Made by a program: the position numbers and the translations under genes. From Candidatus Kerfeldbacteria bacterium RIFCSPLOWO2_02_FULL_42_19 (GTDB lineage: Bacteria; Patescibacteriota; Patescibacteriia; HO2-48-17), in contig MHKF01000011.1 in the NCBI GenBank assembly GCA_001818315.1, positions 1 through 42,824 on the forward strand: a stretch of DNA of 42,824 bases, written 5' to 3'. Of this stretch, positions 29,052 through 38,672 are shown piece by piece (the first letter of the stretch is position 1; the number at the start of each line of letters is the position of its first letter). Under the pieces are notes generated by a model that saw only the letters and a program-made list of their open reading frames with translations, made no database searches and was not told the DNA's origin.

Positions 29052-29765
29052 TTAGGTTTCTTGGGTCTGATAATGTTCGATAGTGATATCTGTAAATGAC
29101 TTTTGTTGCCATACGCGGATGCGTTGTTGCTTCACGAGCTCCAGTAACGCAAGGAAGGTGACAATGAGATCACTTTTCGTGTGAGAATTCGTTGCAAGAT
29201 ATTCTTGCAAACTCAGAGTTTTCTTTTGTTTGAGTATTGCATAGATGTGAAGAATTTTTTCTTTCATGGATACGGCGCGTTGTAGAGATGATTCAGGAAT
29301 AATGATAGCGGGTTTGAGTCTTTCGAGAATTGCACGAAAGATTATTTCGAGTGTTTCAGCCGCACATTGCGTTGGCGGGGCAAATGTCACATGCTGCAGT
29401 TTGAATCCTTGTTGCGCAACAAAAAGCGTTTTATCTTCACTCAGTAACCTTGCGATATCCTTTGAAGCAATCTGAAACTGATGAAAAAGTTTGAGTTGTG
29501 TCGCGAGATCTTCTTCGTTCAACTCTTCTTCATATACCGGTAAGAGTATTTTTGATTTGAGCAAAAGGAGCTTTGCGGCAATCACAAGAAAGTCTGCAAG
29601 TTCTTCGGGAAATAACTCTTCTACCTGTTCGAGATGTCGTACATATTGCTCAGTAATTTGTGAAAGCGCTATATCCGTAATCTCCAACTTCTTTTCTTCG
29701 ATAAGTTGTAGTAAAAGATCCAGCGGCCCCTGAAATTTTTCCAAAACGATAGTGTGCTGCGACAT
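29052..29765 (-). CDS. scpA: Segregation/condensation protein ScpA
   Basis: FQGPLDLLLQLI, FLVIAAKLLLLKSKILLP, VTFLALLEL. Confidence 0.94.
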   Translation of the reverse strand: MSQHTIVLEKFQGPLDLLLQLIEEKKLEITDIALSQITEQYVRHLEQVEELFPEELADFLVIAAKLLLLKSKILLPVYEEELNEEDLATQLKLFHQFQIASKDIARLLSEDKTLFVAQQGFKLQHVTFAPPTQCAAETLEIIFRAILERLKPAIIIPESSLQRAVSMKEKILHIYAILKQKKTLSLQEYLATNSHTKSDLIVTFLALLELVKQQRIRVWQQKSFTDITIEHYQTQET

Positions 29766-29770
29766 CGCAT

Positions 29771-30274
29771 TTATTTTTTGCCTGTTCTTGCTTTTGAGAT
29801 ACTGACTTTCTTTGCTTCAGTTGCTTTCAAAAAATTTTTTACAGACATTTCAAGGCTCTCTGTAAAAGTTCCAGCGCTCGCTACAATCTTTTTCACTCTC
29901 GTAAAAGCAGAATCAATATAGACCGGCAACTGTTCCGCGCCTTTCTTCTTAAGTCGGTAGAGCTTTGCAAAAGGTACGATGGAACCCGACTTCATTGTGA
30001 GTAATGTTTTCATTGTCCTCTCTTTGGCAATTTCAATTCGTTTCACTTTGAGAATTTTTTTCACTTTTTGTAAATCCACCATGCGAGAAGCGGGCACAAT
30101 CACCAAAGCATAACCTTTGTCTGTTTTAATAAGGAGCGTTTTGGCAATTTCCTGAAGTTTTCTTCGCAGCGTTTGTGCCGTATCATAGGCAGTATAGACG
30201 ACTTTGTGTTCAAGTGTTTTGAAGCTCACTTTGTGATCTTCAAGATATTTAAGAACTTTTTTTGCAATTGGCAT
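29771..30274 (-). CDS. YbaK/ProX (INS superfamily) tRNA deacylase-like protein
   Basis: HKVVYTA, IAKTLL, GSIVPF (GxxxP). Confidence 0.8.
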   Translation of the reverse strand: MPIAKKVLKYLEDHKVSFKTLEHKVVYTAYDTAQTLRRKLQEIAKTLLIKTDKGYALVIVPASRMVDLQKVKKILKVKRIEIAKERTMKTLLTMKSGSIVPFAKLYRLKKKGAEQLPVYIDSAFTRVKKIVASAGTFTESLEMSVKNFLKATEAKKVSISKARTGKK

Positions 30275-30287
30275 ATGTTGAAAATGA

Positions 30288-31613
30288 TTAAGAATGAAGT
30301 TTTGAAAGTAAAACGTCAATGCGATTTTGATCTCTCGGAAAAAGCGTTGCTTCTTTGACATTCTCAAGTCCTAAGAGTTGCGCTGTGAGTCGTTCTAATC
30401 CAATCGCCAGACCGCCTTCCGGAGGCATGCCGTACTGAAATGCCTGCAAATAAAATGAAAAATATTTTGGATTATTACCCCACGCTTTGATGTTGGCAAG
30501 GAGTTGATCATAATCGTGAATACGCTGCCCGCCGGTTGTAATTTCTAAACCTCGAAAAAGCAAATCAAAGCTATAAGTATAGTCTGGATTTTTTGGATCA
30601 GGAAAAGTGTACATCGGCCGTTTCTTTGTAGGATAATGAGTGATAAAAATAAATTCCGAATTGTATTGCTTAGCAGCATAGTCGCATATCCATCGTTCGT
30701 GTTGCGGTGAAAGATCGGGTTCTTGCGTGCAGTCTTCTCCAAATTCCTGTTGAATAATTTTTTGCGCTTGTCGTAATTTGAGGCTTGGAATTTTTTTTGG
30801 AACTTGAGGAAGCCGAGCGCCGAGCAGTTGTAATTCATGTGCACACGTCTTTTCCAAAAATTGCATCATGTATGACAACAAGCGGTTTTCCATGGCCATA
30901 ACATCGGTATGATTGCGTATAAAACCCATTTCAAAATCAAGCGTCGAATATTCGTTGAGGTGTCTTGAGGTCGCATGTTCTTCAGCGCGAAAGGCTTTCG
31001 TGATCGTATACACTCTTTCAAAAATACCAACCATGATTTGTTTGTAGAATTGAGGGCTCTGTGACAAATACGCAGTGTGATCGAAATACTTGACCGGAAA
31101 AACATTCGCTCCGCCTTCTGTGGCGCTCGGTACGAAATTTGGCGCCTGAAATTCGACAAATCTTTGTTTCCTGAGAAACGATCTGAAGGCATTCACAATT
31201 TCTGATTGAAAACGAAAGATCGCCCGACTCCGCTCGCTTCTTAACGTAAACGGTTGGTAATCCAAATAGGCTTCAATATTTGCTTTCGCTTCAACATCAA
31301 ATGGCAACTCCTTTGCACGACTTATGATGCGAATTTTTTCGGCAACAATTTCAATCATGCCAGTCACAGTTGCTCTGCCTTGCGAAGCCGGCCGCTGCTT
31401 CACGGTTCCAATAATTTCTACTGCATATTCGGACTTCAAAACATCAATGCCTTTTTGTACTTGTTCGTTCACAATCACTTGCACCGTTCCGCTTCCATCG
31501 CGGAGCGACACAAATATCAATTTCCCGATATTACGCACATTCTGTATCCAGCCTTTGAGGAGAACTTTTTTTTCAATCTTCTTTGTTGTATCGATTGTAT
31601 AGATTCGCTGCAT
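30288..31613 (-). CDS. aspS: Aspartate--tRNA ligase, archaeal-type (likely non-discriminating)
   Basis: 441 aa without GAD insert; LSQSPQFYKQ, FRAEEHATSRHLNE, GGQRIH, GMPPEGG. Confidence 0.9.
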   Translation of the reverse strand: MQRIYTIDTTKKIEKKVLLKGWIQNVRNIGKLIFVSLRDGSGTVQVIVNEQVQKGIDVLKSEYAVEIIGTVKQRPASQGRATVTGMIEIVAEKIRIISRAKELPFDVEAKANIEAYLDYQPFTLRSERSRAIFRFQSEIVNAFRSFLRKQRFVEFQAPNFVPSATEGGANVFPVKYFDHTAYLSQSPQFYKQIMVGIFERVYTITKAFRAEEHATSRHLNEYSTLDFEMGFIRNHTDVMAMENRLLSYMMQFLEKTCAHELQLLGARLPQVPKKIPSLKLRQAQKIIQQEFGEDCTQEPDLSPQHERWICDYAAKQYNSEFIFITHYPTKKRPMYTFPDPKNPDYTYSFDLLFRGLEITTGGQRIHDYDQLLANIKAWGNNPKYFSFYLQAFQYGMPPEGGLAIGLERLTAQLLGLENVKEATLFPRDQNRIDVLLSKLHS

Positions 31614-31617
31614 ACGT

Positions 31618-32907
31618 TTATGGCGTCACACGATTAAGCATTCTTGGAAAAGGTATTGTTTCACGCACGTGATGGATACCGGCGATCCAACGCACGAGAC
31701 GTTCAATGCCAATGCCATATCCATAGTGCGGTACCGATCCGTATCTGCGCAAATCTAAGTACCATTCGAAGTCAGCGAGTTTCAATCCTGCTTTTTGAAT
31801 GTTTTCTCGCAACGCCTTGTAATCAACCAGACGCTGGCCGCCACCAATAATTTCTCCACAGCCTTCGGGCGCGAGCATATCATTATTGAGCACTACACTC
31901 GAATCTTTTGGATCGCGCTCCATATAGAAAGGTTTGATTTCTCGAGGATAGTGCGTCACAAATAGAGGCGTCTCGAATTGCTGCATGAGCAGTGCCTCAT
32001 CATCAGCGCCAAGATCGTCTTTGTCGCCGATCTTGCGACCAAGCGACTGCAGAAGCTGCACAGCTTCGCGATGCGTCATGCGTGGATATGTAGCTTCGGC
32101 AGATGTTTCCAAAACCTTCGTATCTCGTTCCAGTATTTTTAATTCTGGTCGAGCCCGCCTTAGAATCTCACGACAAACATATTGTATTGTACGCTCCTGA
32201 AGTTTAAGCGCCTCATCGAGCGTACAAAAAGCAATCTCCGGATTGATCGTCCAAAATTCCGTCAGATGTCTTCGCGTCTTACTTTTTTCAGCGCGAAAAT
32301 TCGGATTCATATCGTACACTTTACCGAGCGCCATTGCCAATGCTTCCAAATACAATTGGCCATTTTGTGAAAGATAGACCTTCGTGTCAAAATACTTCAC
32401 ACTAAAAAGATCCGTCGTGCCTTCGCAAGCATTGGGAGTAAAAGTAGGGGTATGCGTGAGATAAAAACCTTCTTTTTGATAAAATTCGTGGAGAATAAAA
32501 ATAATTTCGCTTCGCAACCGCAGAATCGCTGCTTGTCGTGGCGATCGAATCCAAAGGTGACGATGATCGAGGAGAAAATCCGGTCCGTGTTCTTTTTTAC
32601 CGATCGGATATTCTTGCGCAGCGTGTATGATTTCTATATCACTGAGCTGTAATTCATATTGCTCATGCTTGGGATGTTTTGTCACTTTACCTTGCACGAT
32701 CACGGCGCTTTCGATTGTAACATTGTGTATATTTTTCCAAATTTTTTCAGAAAGCGTGCTTTTTTCTGCGATCACTTGCATTTCGCCTGTACCGTCACGC
32801 AATTGTAAAAATGTAATTTTTCCGGAACTACGAATGTTATAAACCCAACCCTTCAGTGTTGCAGATTTTCCGAGAGCGTTGTGTATTGCACGAATTGTTA
32901 TTTCCAT
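31618..32907 (-). CDS. asnS: Asparagine--tRNA ligase
   Basis: LSQNGQLYLE, FRAEKSKTRRHLTEFW, GEIIGGGQR, WYLDLRRYGSVPH; ORF extends to 32931. Confidence 0.93.
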   Translation of the reverse strand: MEITIRAIHNALGKSATLKGWVYNIRSSGKITFLQLRDGTGEMQVIAEKSTLSEKIWKNIHNVTIESAVIVQGKVTKHPKHEQYELQLSDIEIIHAAQEYPIGKKEHGPDFLLDHRHLWIRSPRQAAILRLRSEIIFILHEFYQKEGFYLTHTPTFTPNACEGTTDLFSVKYFDTKVYLSQNGQLYLEALAMALGKVYDMNPNFRAEKSKTRRHLTEFWTINPEIAFCTLDEALKLQERTIQYVCREILRRARPELKILERDTKVLETSAEATYPRMTHREAVQLLQSLGRKIGDKDDLGADDEALLMQQFETPLFVTHYPREIKPFYMERDPKDSSVVLNNDMLAPEGCGEIIGGGQRLVDYKALRENIQKAGLKLADFEWYLDLRRYGSVPHYGYGIGIERLVRWIAGIHHVRETIPFPRMLNRVTP

Positions 32908-32995
32908 AAAAGAGACTGAAAAAGAAATCATGCTTGTTTTTGCATGCTATCGTGATGGCGTTTATTGTACGATATTTTAACAGCTCAAGCAATAT

Positions 32996-35716
32996 TCACG
33001 CGATTCTTCTAAAAAGCCACTTAAAGCACTCAATAATAACGATAAGTGTTGCGCTTAAGAGTATAACGATCCCCCATTCCCTGAAACCGAGCGCTACTGT
33101 TTCTAAGAATCGTTGGAAAAATGGAATATAAAGAGCGCAAATCTGTAAGATAAATCCGCTCATGATCGCAAGGAGAAGATACGGATTGGACCAAAGTTTT
33201 TGTTTGAATATACTCTGACGAAGTGAACGAATACTGAACACATATAATAACGAATCCACACCGAGACTTGCAAAAATTACTGAGCGTGCGAGCGTAATAT
33301 CTTTTGTGCTTTTCCAAAGCAGGAGAAATAGCAACAGATTCCCTATACCCGTCACAGCGCTGATCAGGGCTATTAACGAAACGGATTCGCGATTTGGGAT
33401 TGGTTCCTTCCGACTCACTGGTTTTTCTTCCATGATTTTTTTTTCTTTTGGTTCGAGTGTAAGCGCAAGATTCGGAAATCCATCAGTAACGAGATTGATC
33501 CAGAGAATTTGTGATGCTAATAATGGCAGTGGACTACCGATCAAAATACTGCCTGTCACGAGAATAATTTCTGAAAAACTATCTGAGAGCAAATACAAAA
33601 CTATTTTTTTGATGTTGTCGTAGATACCTCTCCCTTCTTCGACCGCTACCACAATCGTCTGAAAATCATCATCAAGAATCACGAGATCTGCAGCTTCTTT
33701 AGCAACTTCTGTGCCTGACCCCAGTGCTACACCAATATCCGCCGCTTTTAATGCCGGAGAATCGTTGATGCCGTCGCCGGTCATTGCGACAACCGCGTGA
33801 TGTGCTTGCCACGCCTGTATAATTCGCAATTTATCTTGTGGCGTAACACGTGCGTATACTGAAATTTTTTTTACTTTCTGTCTTAGTGCTGCGTCACTGA
33901 GTTGCAGTAAATCAGTGCCTTCGAGAATATTTTCTTCTTCCGCGGGAATGTTGAGTTCCCGGGCAATCGCCTGGGCTGTGAAACGATGATCTCCTGTAAT
34001 CATCACCGAGGTTATGCCAGCCTTGCGGCATTGCAGTATCGTGTCTCTGGCTTGCGGACGCAGTGGATCTTTGATCGCAACGAAGCTTAAAAATATAAAA
34101 TCGTTTCGCTGCATGAGCACTTTGATATTTGTTTCTTGCGTTCCAACTTCTTTATATGCAAATGCGAGAATACGTAAACCTTTTTTACTCAGTTCCTGAA
34201 ATTTTCGTTGGAGCTTACGACGAGCGCTCGCATCACATGCTCGAACGTGTTTGGTACTGTAAATGGCATGCACACGGTCGAGAATTTTCTCCGGCGCGCC
34301 TTTTACAAAAAGTATATTTCCCTTTTTATCGTTTCGGTGCAGCGTCGCCATAAACTTCAACGCGGAATCGAATGGAATCTCTGCAATTCTTGGAAATTGT
34401 TTTTTTAAGGTCTCGGCATCTAACCCTAATTGAATGCCAGCGAGTAATAGCGCGCGATCAGTCAGATTACCGATGAGGTTCCAATCTTTGATATCATCAT
34501 CCGGATTCGCAATAACGGCATTATTCGAGACAACCCCAACTGTGAGTGTACGGCGATAATCTTCCATGGCTTCCTGTTTCGACCAGATAGAAGATATGTC
34601 GGTTTTTTCTACATCAAAATTTTGATCCCATGTTATTACTTTGACGACCTGCATTTTTCCTTCGGTAAGCGTTCCAGTTTTATCTGTACAAATCACAGTT
34701 GTGGAACCAAGTGTTTCGGCCGCAAGTAATTTTCTTACGAGACCTTGGTACCTCAGAATACGTTGCATGCCGATCGCCAACACTACCGTGACAGCGACGA
34801 TCAAGCCTTCTGGAATCGCGGCTACAGCGAGTGCTATTGCCACAATGAAAATTTCGAAAAACGCAATTCCCTTGGCGATGCCTATAAGCGTAATGCCTGC
34901 GCCTATCACGACAATGATAATCGCAAGTCTCCTACTCAAAACACTCAGTTTTTTTTGCAGGGGAGTCAAATCTTCTTTTGTTTCCTTGAGAAGGGTGGCG
35001 ATTTGGCCCATCTCAGTCGCAACCCCTGTCGCAGTCACAATGCCACGACACGACCCCTTCGTGATCACCGTACCGGTAAAGATCATATTATTGCGTTCGG
35101 CGAGCATCGTGCCTGCCGCTTTTTTTTCTGTATCTTTTGTAACTGGCGTTGATTCCCCTGTCAACGCTGCTTCATTCACCTCAAGATCAAAAATAGAAAA
35201 GAGACGTATATCAGCTGGGACTTTTTCTCCAGCATCACAAAATACGACATCTCCAGGCACAAGATATCTCGAAGGAATAATCTTTTCTTTTCCGAAACGC
35301 ATCACTTTTGCTTCCGTGCTAATAACTGTACGAAGTTTTTCTAAAGCTCGCTGCGCCCGACCTTCTTGAATAAAACCAAGAATCACGTTAATAAAAACGG
35401 CCGCAAAAATCACATACATATCGATGTATTCGCCAATCACAAAACTTATAATTGCTGCCGCTAACAAAACGTAAATAAGCGGGCTGCGGAATTGACGCGC
35501 GAAAAAAATAACCCACGACGGGGTCTTGGGTTCTGGCAAAGTATTCAGACCGTATTGTGTTTTCCGCTGAGCAACTTCTTGTTCCGAAAGTCCCTGTTCA
35601 TTCGTCCGAAGTATTTTCAGTACTTCTTTTATATTCATTGCGTGAAAGAGCGGATGCTCTTCCGATAATACTCGCTTGTTTTGTATTGTTTGTTTTGTTA
35701 TTTGCGCCATACTCAT
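32996..35716 (-). CDS. P2-type cation-transporting ATPase (Ca2+-ATPase-like)
   Basis: LTGES, AIPEGL, CTDKTGTLT, KGAPE, TGDGINDSP, LWINLVTD. Confidence 0.95.
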   Translation of the reverse strand: MSMAQITKQTIQNKRVLSEEHPLFHAMNIKEVLKILRTNEQGLSEQEVAQRKTQYGLNTLPEPKTPSWVIFFARQFRSPLIYVLLAAAIISFVIGEYIDMYVIFAAVFINVILGFIQEGRAQRALEKLRTVISTEAKVMRFGKEKIIPSRYLVPGDVVFCDAGEKVPADIRLFSIFDLEVNEAALTGESTPVTKDTEKKAAGTMLAERNNMIFTGTVITKGSCRGIVTATGVATEMGQIATLLKETKEDLTPLQKKLSVLSRRLAIIIVVIGAGITLIGIAKGIAFFEIFIVAIALAVAAIPEGLIVAVTVVLAIGMQRILRYQGLVRKLLAAETLGSTTVICTDKTGTLTEGKMQVVKVITWDQNFDVEKTDISSIWSKQEAMEDYRRTLTVGVVSNNAVIANPDDDIKDWNLIGNLTDRALLLAGIQLGLDAETLKKQFPRIAEIPFDSALKFMATLHRNDKKGNILFVKGAPEKILDRVHAIYSTKHVRACDASARRKLQRKFQELSKKGLRILAFAYKEVGTQETNIKVLMQRNDFIFLSFVAIKDPLRPQARDTILQCRKAGITSVMITGDHRFTAQAIARELNIPAEEENILEGTDLLQLSDAALRQKVKKISVYARVTPQDKLRIIQAWQAHHAVVAMTGDGINDSPALKAADIGVALGSGTEVAKEAADLVILDDDFQTIVVAVEEGRGIYDNIKKIVLYLLSDSFSEIILVTGSILIGSPLPLLASQILWINLVTDGFPNLALTLEPKEKKIMEEKPVSRKEPIPNRESVSLIALISAVTGIGNLLLFLLLWKSTKDITLARSVIFASLGVDSLLYVFSIRSLRQSIFKQKLWSNPYLLLAIMSGFILQICALYIPFFQRFLETVALGFREWGIVILLSATLIVIIECFKWLFRRIA

Positions 35717-35752
35717 GAGATAGCTTGGTGGTGTAATGAGAGAGGTATAATG

Positions 35753-36343
35753 CTATTGATCTTGATTTTGAAAATTCTCTATCGCTGAGAGCATGTCCTG
35801 AAATCGATCTTTTGCTTGACCGAATGTTTCTGTTATTTTCTCAACAATATCCCCTTCGAGAGTTTGTGTGAGTGTTCGGGTAATGCCTTCATGTCTTTCG
35901 AGCAGAACCTCCATACGTGATTTGAGAGTCGTAATATTCTCCTGTTGATCCTTCAATATCTCAAGGAGTTGCTCTGTTTTCTCCATTTCTTTTTGAAAAC
36001 GTTCGAAATTTTTTGTGATCTGTTCTATTTTTCCAAGATTCGCGAGCGCTTCGATTTCTTCGAGTCGTCGATTGGCAAGTTGCATTGCAAACTCAGCTTT
36101 TTCAAACGGCTCAGTCTTGAACACTTCTTGAATTTTTTCGATCCCGCGTTTCACCAAAAACAGGAGAGATCCTGGGAGGATTTTTGGTGTAGGAATCGTG
36201 ATGTTTACAATTTCTTCAGAAATTTCTGATTCCTGTGCTGCAAGCTTTGCGTTCGGTATTACCGCAATAACAAATATAATAAAACAAAAACTTGCTAAAA
36301 TCGCGGAGTTTCTCTTCTGTGCATTACTCGTCGGAAATGTCAT
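35753..36343 (-). CDS. DUF5667 domain exported protein
   Basis: Signal peptide, then ILPGS.LF.VKR..E.I.......EK......A..RL.E. Confidence 0.75.
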   Translation of the reverse strand: MTFPTSNAQKRNSAILASFCFIIFVIAVIPNAKLAAQESEISEEIVNITIPTPKILPGSLLFLVKRGIEKIQEVFKTEPFEKAEFAMQLANRRLEEIEALANLGKIEQITKNFERFQKEMEKTEQLLEILKDQQENITTLKSRMEVLLERHEGITRTLTQTLEGDIVEKITETFGQAKDRFQDMLSAIENFQNQDQ

Positions 36344-36380
36344 ATGGGAAAGATTTGTAACTCTCTTACTATATCATTTT

Positions 36381-36609
36381 TTATAAGTTTTTCCATGCTG
36401 TACTGTTCGGGACTGTCGCCATGAATACCGTTTCCTGTGCAATGCACATAGAAAAAAGAGGAGGAGGACTCTCGCTTTCGAAGCACTGACAGTGCACAGT
36501 GTGCTGAGAAAGGAGAGTCATCCTCTTCTTTTTTCTATGATGAAAATTCACTTTTAGAGACGAAAGTGTATTCGGCGATAATCCCTTGTTCATCACAGAG
36601 AACTTGTAA
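36381..36609 (+). ncRNA. Candidate rod-shaped structured RNA (6S-like) or palindromic element
   Basis: Nested stems 36381-36392/36598-36609, 36409-36428/36568-36585 and 36447-36486/36501-36539 with a central bubble. Confidence 0.4.
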
Positions 36610-36682
36610 CTCTCTCCTCTACTCTACATCTTACAACACGCTTTTGTTATAATGATGTTATAGCAATGATTCAAAATTCACA

Positions 36683-37573
36683 TTGCATCTTGTGAAAAAT
36701 GTACGTTTCTTCCTACGCATCCTTGTTTTGGTCCTCGCATTATTTCTTTCTTTCCCACACGTTACAGGAGCGTCTATACTTCGCAACCTTTCTGCGCCGT
36801 GTCTTGAATGTGGTAATTGTACACTTCAAGATCTTGCTCTTGCTGGAGGCAATACTTTTAATTTCTTCCTCTATATTATTGGTTCGGTTGTTTTGTTGCT
36901 GTTTTTTATCGGAGGACTCATTTTGCTCGTTTCGCATGGCAATAGACAACTCGAACAACTTGGCCGCGGTATTATTAACGGCTCGTTTAAAGGTCTTGCT
37001 ATTGCTATGGTTTGTTGGGTGATAGTGAATTTTGTCATTACTGCTATTGTTGAAGACCGTGAAATCTTTGGCACAGAATGGTTTACTTTTCCTGAGGCAG
37101 CCCCTTTTGCCTGTACTCCTCCTCCACCGGTTTTACCGCCCGCTGTGCCAAGCATCAATTGGACACTGGCTGGCGGTGTTGACCCACGTCAAAGACAAGA
37201 CGCTTCTCCTGAGCTTGCCGCACTCCTGAATTGCATGTATCAAAAAGAACCGAATCTTATTGTCACTTCGATCTCTGATAATGATCTCTATACCGGCCGC
37301 TGCAATATCCAAAATTGCAATAAACAACAATCGCAAACAGGCAGCTGCCCTGCGAGCGCCTGTAGTAACGATGCGCAATGCGTCCACCGATGCGGTTCAT
37401 GCCATTATGCTTTTGGCACTCCGCAAGGAACGAATTTTTCACGTGCCGCGGATTTTCGCTTGAATGTGGATCCCCAAACCGTTGCACGTGTTGCGCGAGA
37501 ATGTGATCCTGGCATGCGCGTTGAATTCGAGGCTGATCACACGCACATATCTCATTCTTCCTGTCCACGTTAA
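36683..37573 (+). CDS. VirB2/TrbC-like pilin fused to a Cys-rich M15-like metallopeptidase domain
   Basis: Signal peptide, C..CGNCTL.D, two TM helices with GG..L..S.G, Pro linker, then SCH...RAAD...HTH; start may be GTG 36692. Confidence 0.7.
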   Translation: MHLVKNVRFFLRILVLVLALFLSFPHVTGASILRNLSAPCLECGNCTLQDLALAGGNTFNFFLYIIGSVVLLLFFIGGLILLVSHGNRQLEQLGRGIINGSFKGLAIAMVCWVIVNFVITAIVEDREIFGTEWFTFPEAAPFACTPPPPVLPPAVPSINWTLAGGVDPRQRQDASPELAALLNCMYQKEPNLIVTSISDNDLYTGRCNIQNCNKQQSQTGSCPASACSNDAQCVHRCGSCHYAFGTPQGTNFSRAADFRLNVDPQTVARVARECDPGMRVEFEADHTHISHSSCPR

Positions 37574-37597
37574 TACTTTGGTTCTTCAATATCACTC

Positions 37598-37673
37598 TGA
37601 AGGAGAAAGAATAAGACTTGCGAGACACACTGTGCATTGTTAGTGTCTCGCAAGTCTTATTCTTTCTCCTTCA
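37598..37673. repeat. Perfect 31-bp inverted repeat with 14-nt loop (also a probable bidirectional terminator)
   Basis: TGAAGGAGAAAGAATAAGACTTGCGAGACAC / exact reverse complement at 37643-37673. Confidence 0.9.
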
Positions 37674-37677
37674 AAGA

Positions 37678-38517
37678 TTAAAGTATCGCAAAAAGTGGAG
37701 CAAGAAGCATGAAAAATATCAGTATCCCACTGAGAATAACAAACCCGAGAAAAATATTTTTTCCTTTCGTACTTTCGGATTCCAGTTCCTTGCTTTTGAT
37801 CTCGTGGAGATTATAATACAGCAACATTACGAAAATCGTCGCAAAGGGTGTGAAGAAAAGATTGAGTAAAAATGCTCCTAGCCCGAATGTTACCAGATTA
37901 ATCACGATACCGATGCCTGCGAGCACTGCCCAGAGTCCGATAGCTCTTGCAACAATATCCCACCAATAACCTTCAACAATTTGTTTGCTCCGTAAAAGTG
38001 CTGCGAAACCACGTCTGTCTTCTAAAAGGCAAACCGGCACGGTGAAAAAAATCCATACCGCTACTATAATACCTGGGATAAAAAATAACGTCATCCCTCC
38101 TATTATCGCGAGTCCAGCGAGAATGCTTGCGCCGAAGATTGCCGGCATACGTGGCCATGCGAGTTGATAACTTTTCTTTACGCCGACTTCAGGATGGATT
38201 AGTTTCATTATTAATGCCGCTTGCGACCATGCCCCGACAAAAAATAATATTGCAATAATCATCAATGATAAAAGTATAATGATTGCGGAAGCCACAGTAT
38301 TGCCGAACAGCGTTCCTGATGTAAGAGCGTTTTCTATATCGACGTCATTGTAAATTCCTGAAATTGCGAGTAAAAAGAAAATAATAAGAACCATCGGCGC
38401 GATCAGAATATAGGGCACGACGCTGATGCCAATATATGTTCAAAAATGTTGGGTTGTGCGTTTCCATGTTTGCGAAAGGAGGTCCGAAAATCCGATCATT
38501 TGTTTTGGTGTTTGCAT
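37678..38517 (-). pseudogene. Multi-TM membrane protein interrupted by an in-frame TGA at codon 26
   Basis: ATG 38517 gives MQTPKQMIGFSDLLSQTWKRTTQHF*TYIGISVVPYIL, in frame with ORF 37678-38418. Confidence 0.65.
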
Positions 38518-38544
38518 AGATGTTATTTTAAAAAGAAATGAGGA

Positions 38545-38620
38545 GATTGATAGGTTTGGGTATATTTTTTCAGAACACACGGAAAAGTGTTCTTCAAAAA
38601 TATACCCAAACCTATCAATC
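38545..38620. repeat. 76-bp hairpin (25-bp + 7-bp perfect stems)
   Basis: GATTGATAGGTTTGGGTATATTTTT-TC-AGAACAC-ACGGAAAA-GTGTTCT-TC-AAAAATATACCCAAACCTATCAATC. Confidence 0.9.
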
Positions 38621-38672
38621 CATAAGTTTTTGACTTTTAATGTGACAATCTTATTCTACCACATCCTTGGAT

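Noticed and set aside
37678-38517. Genetic code 25 or 4 (TGA recoding)
   Set aside because: Only one internal TGA was found; several genes end in TGA and long ORFs use TGG/GGN normally.
36447-38620. CRISPR array or integron attC array
   Set aside because: No identical repeats with spacers, no clear RYYYAAC/GTTRRRY ends, the intervening genes are not co-oriented, and no cas or intI gene is visible.
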